Below, piece after piece: positions 63,903 through 64,000 of a stretch of DNA of 64,000 nt (within the stretch, counting starts at the first letter, position 1; the number at the start of each line of letters is the position of its first letter). The position numbers and the translations under genes are program-made. This DNA is from Sphaerodactylus townsendi (taxonomy: Eukaryota): NCBI RefSeq assembly GCF_021028975.2, contig NC_059429.1, positions 5,084,001 through 5,148,000 on the forward strand. Direction: 5' to 3'. Under the pieces are notes generated by a model. The model was not told where the DNA came from, made no database searches, and worked only from the letters and a program-made list of their open reading frames with translations.

Positions 63903-64000
63903 ATACCCTTGATAATACTGTTTATGAGTGTATCAGGGTTCCTCAATGTTGCACTCCCCAGTTCTTCTCTTGACACCTGCCAAGCTTTTCAGAATGAGGT

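Noticed and set aside
57226-64000. TMEM38A exon 2
   Set aside because: No segment encoding the expected ...SWLCAMLHCFG... peptide was found; presumably beyond the window.

Overview
Vertebrate genomic DNA, most likely a squamate and probably a gecko, judged from the Squam3-like SINEs, SPIN MITEs, and Penelope, Rex1 and CR1 repeats. The window holds the gene block CHERP (coding exon 1 only, -), SLC35E1 (6 exons, complete, -), MED26 (3 exons, complete, -), SMIM7 (5 exons, complete, -) and TMEM38A (exon 1 only, +), in the same order and orientation as human 19p13.11. Splice sites and phases were checked by hand. Each 5' end lies in a CpG island, and SMIM7/TMEM38A share a bidirectional promoter. 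The rest is dense with transposons: an L1 with both ends, a 16-bp TSD and an internal deletion; a decayed sushi-like Ty3/Gypsy gag-pol; CR1, L2, Rex1, DIRS and Penelope fragments; tRNA- and 5S-derived SINEs; and many hAT MITEs with 8-bp TSDs. The most unusual features are (1) an 11 x 243-bp tandem array in MED26 intron 1 built from chimeric halves of two different MITEs, (2) palindromic Penelope-derived elements with hammerhead-ribozyme-like cores on both strands, one probably in the SLC35E1 3'UTR, and (3) SPIN MITEs whose nesting with CR1 copies brackets their invasion time. Several indel-rich stretches look like unpolished long-read sequence. I found no prokaryotic or CRISPR system, and no clearly novel protein-coding system.
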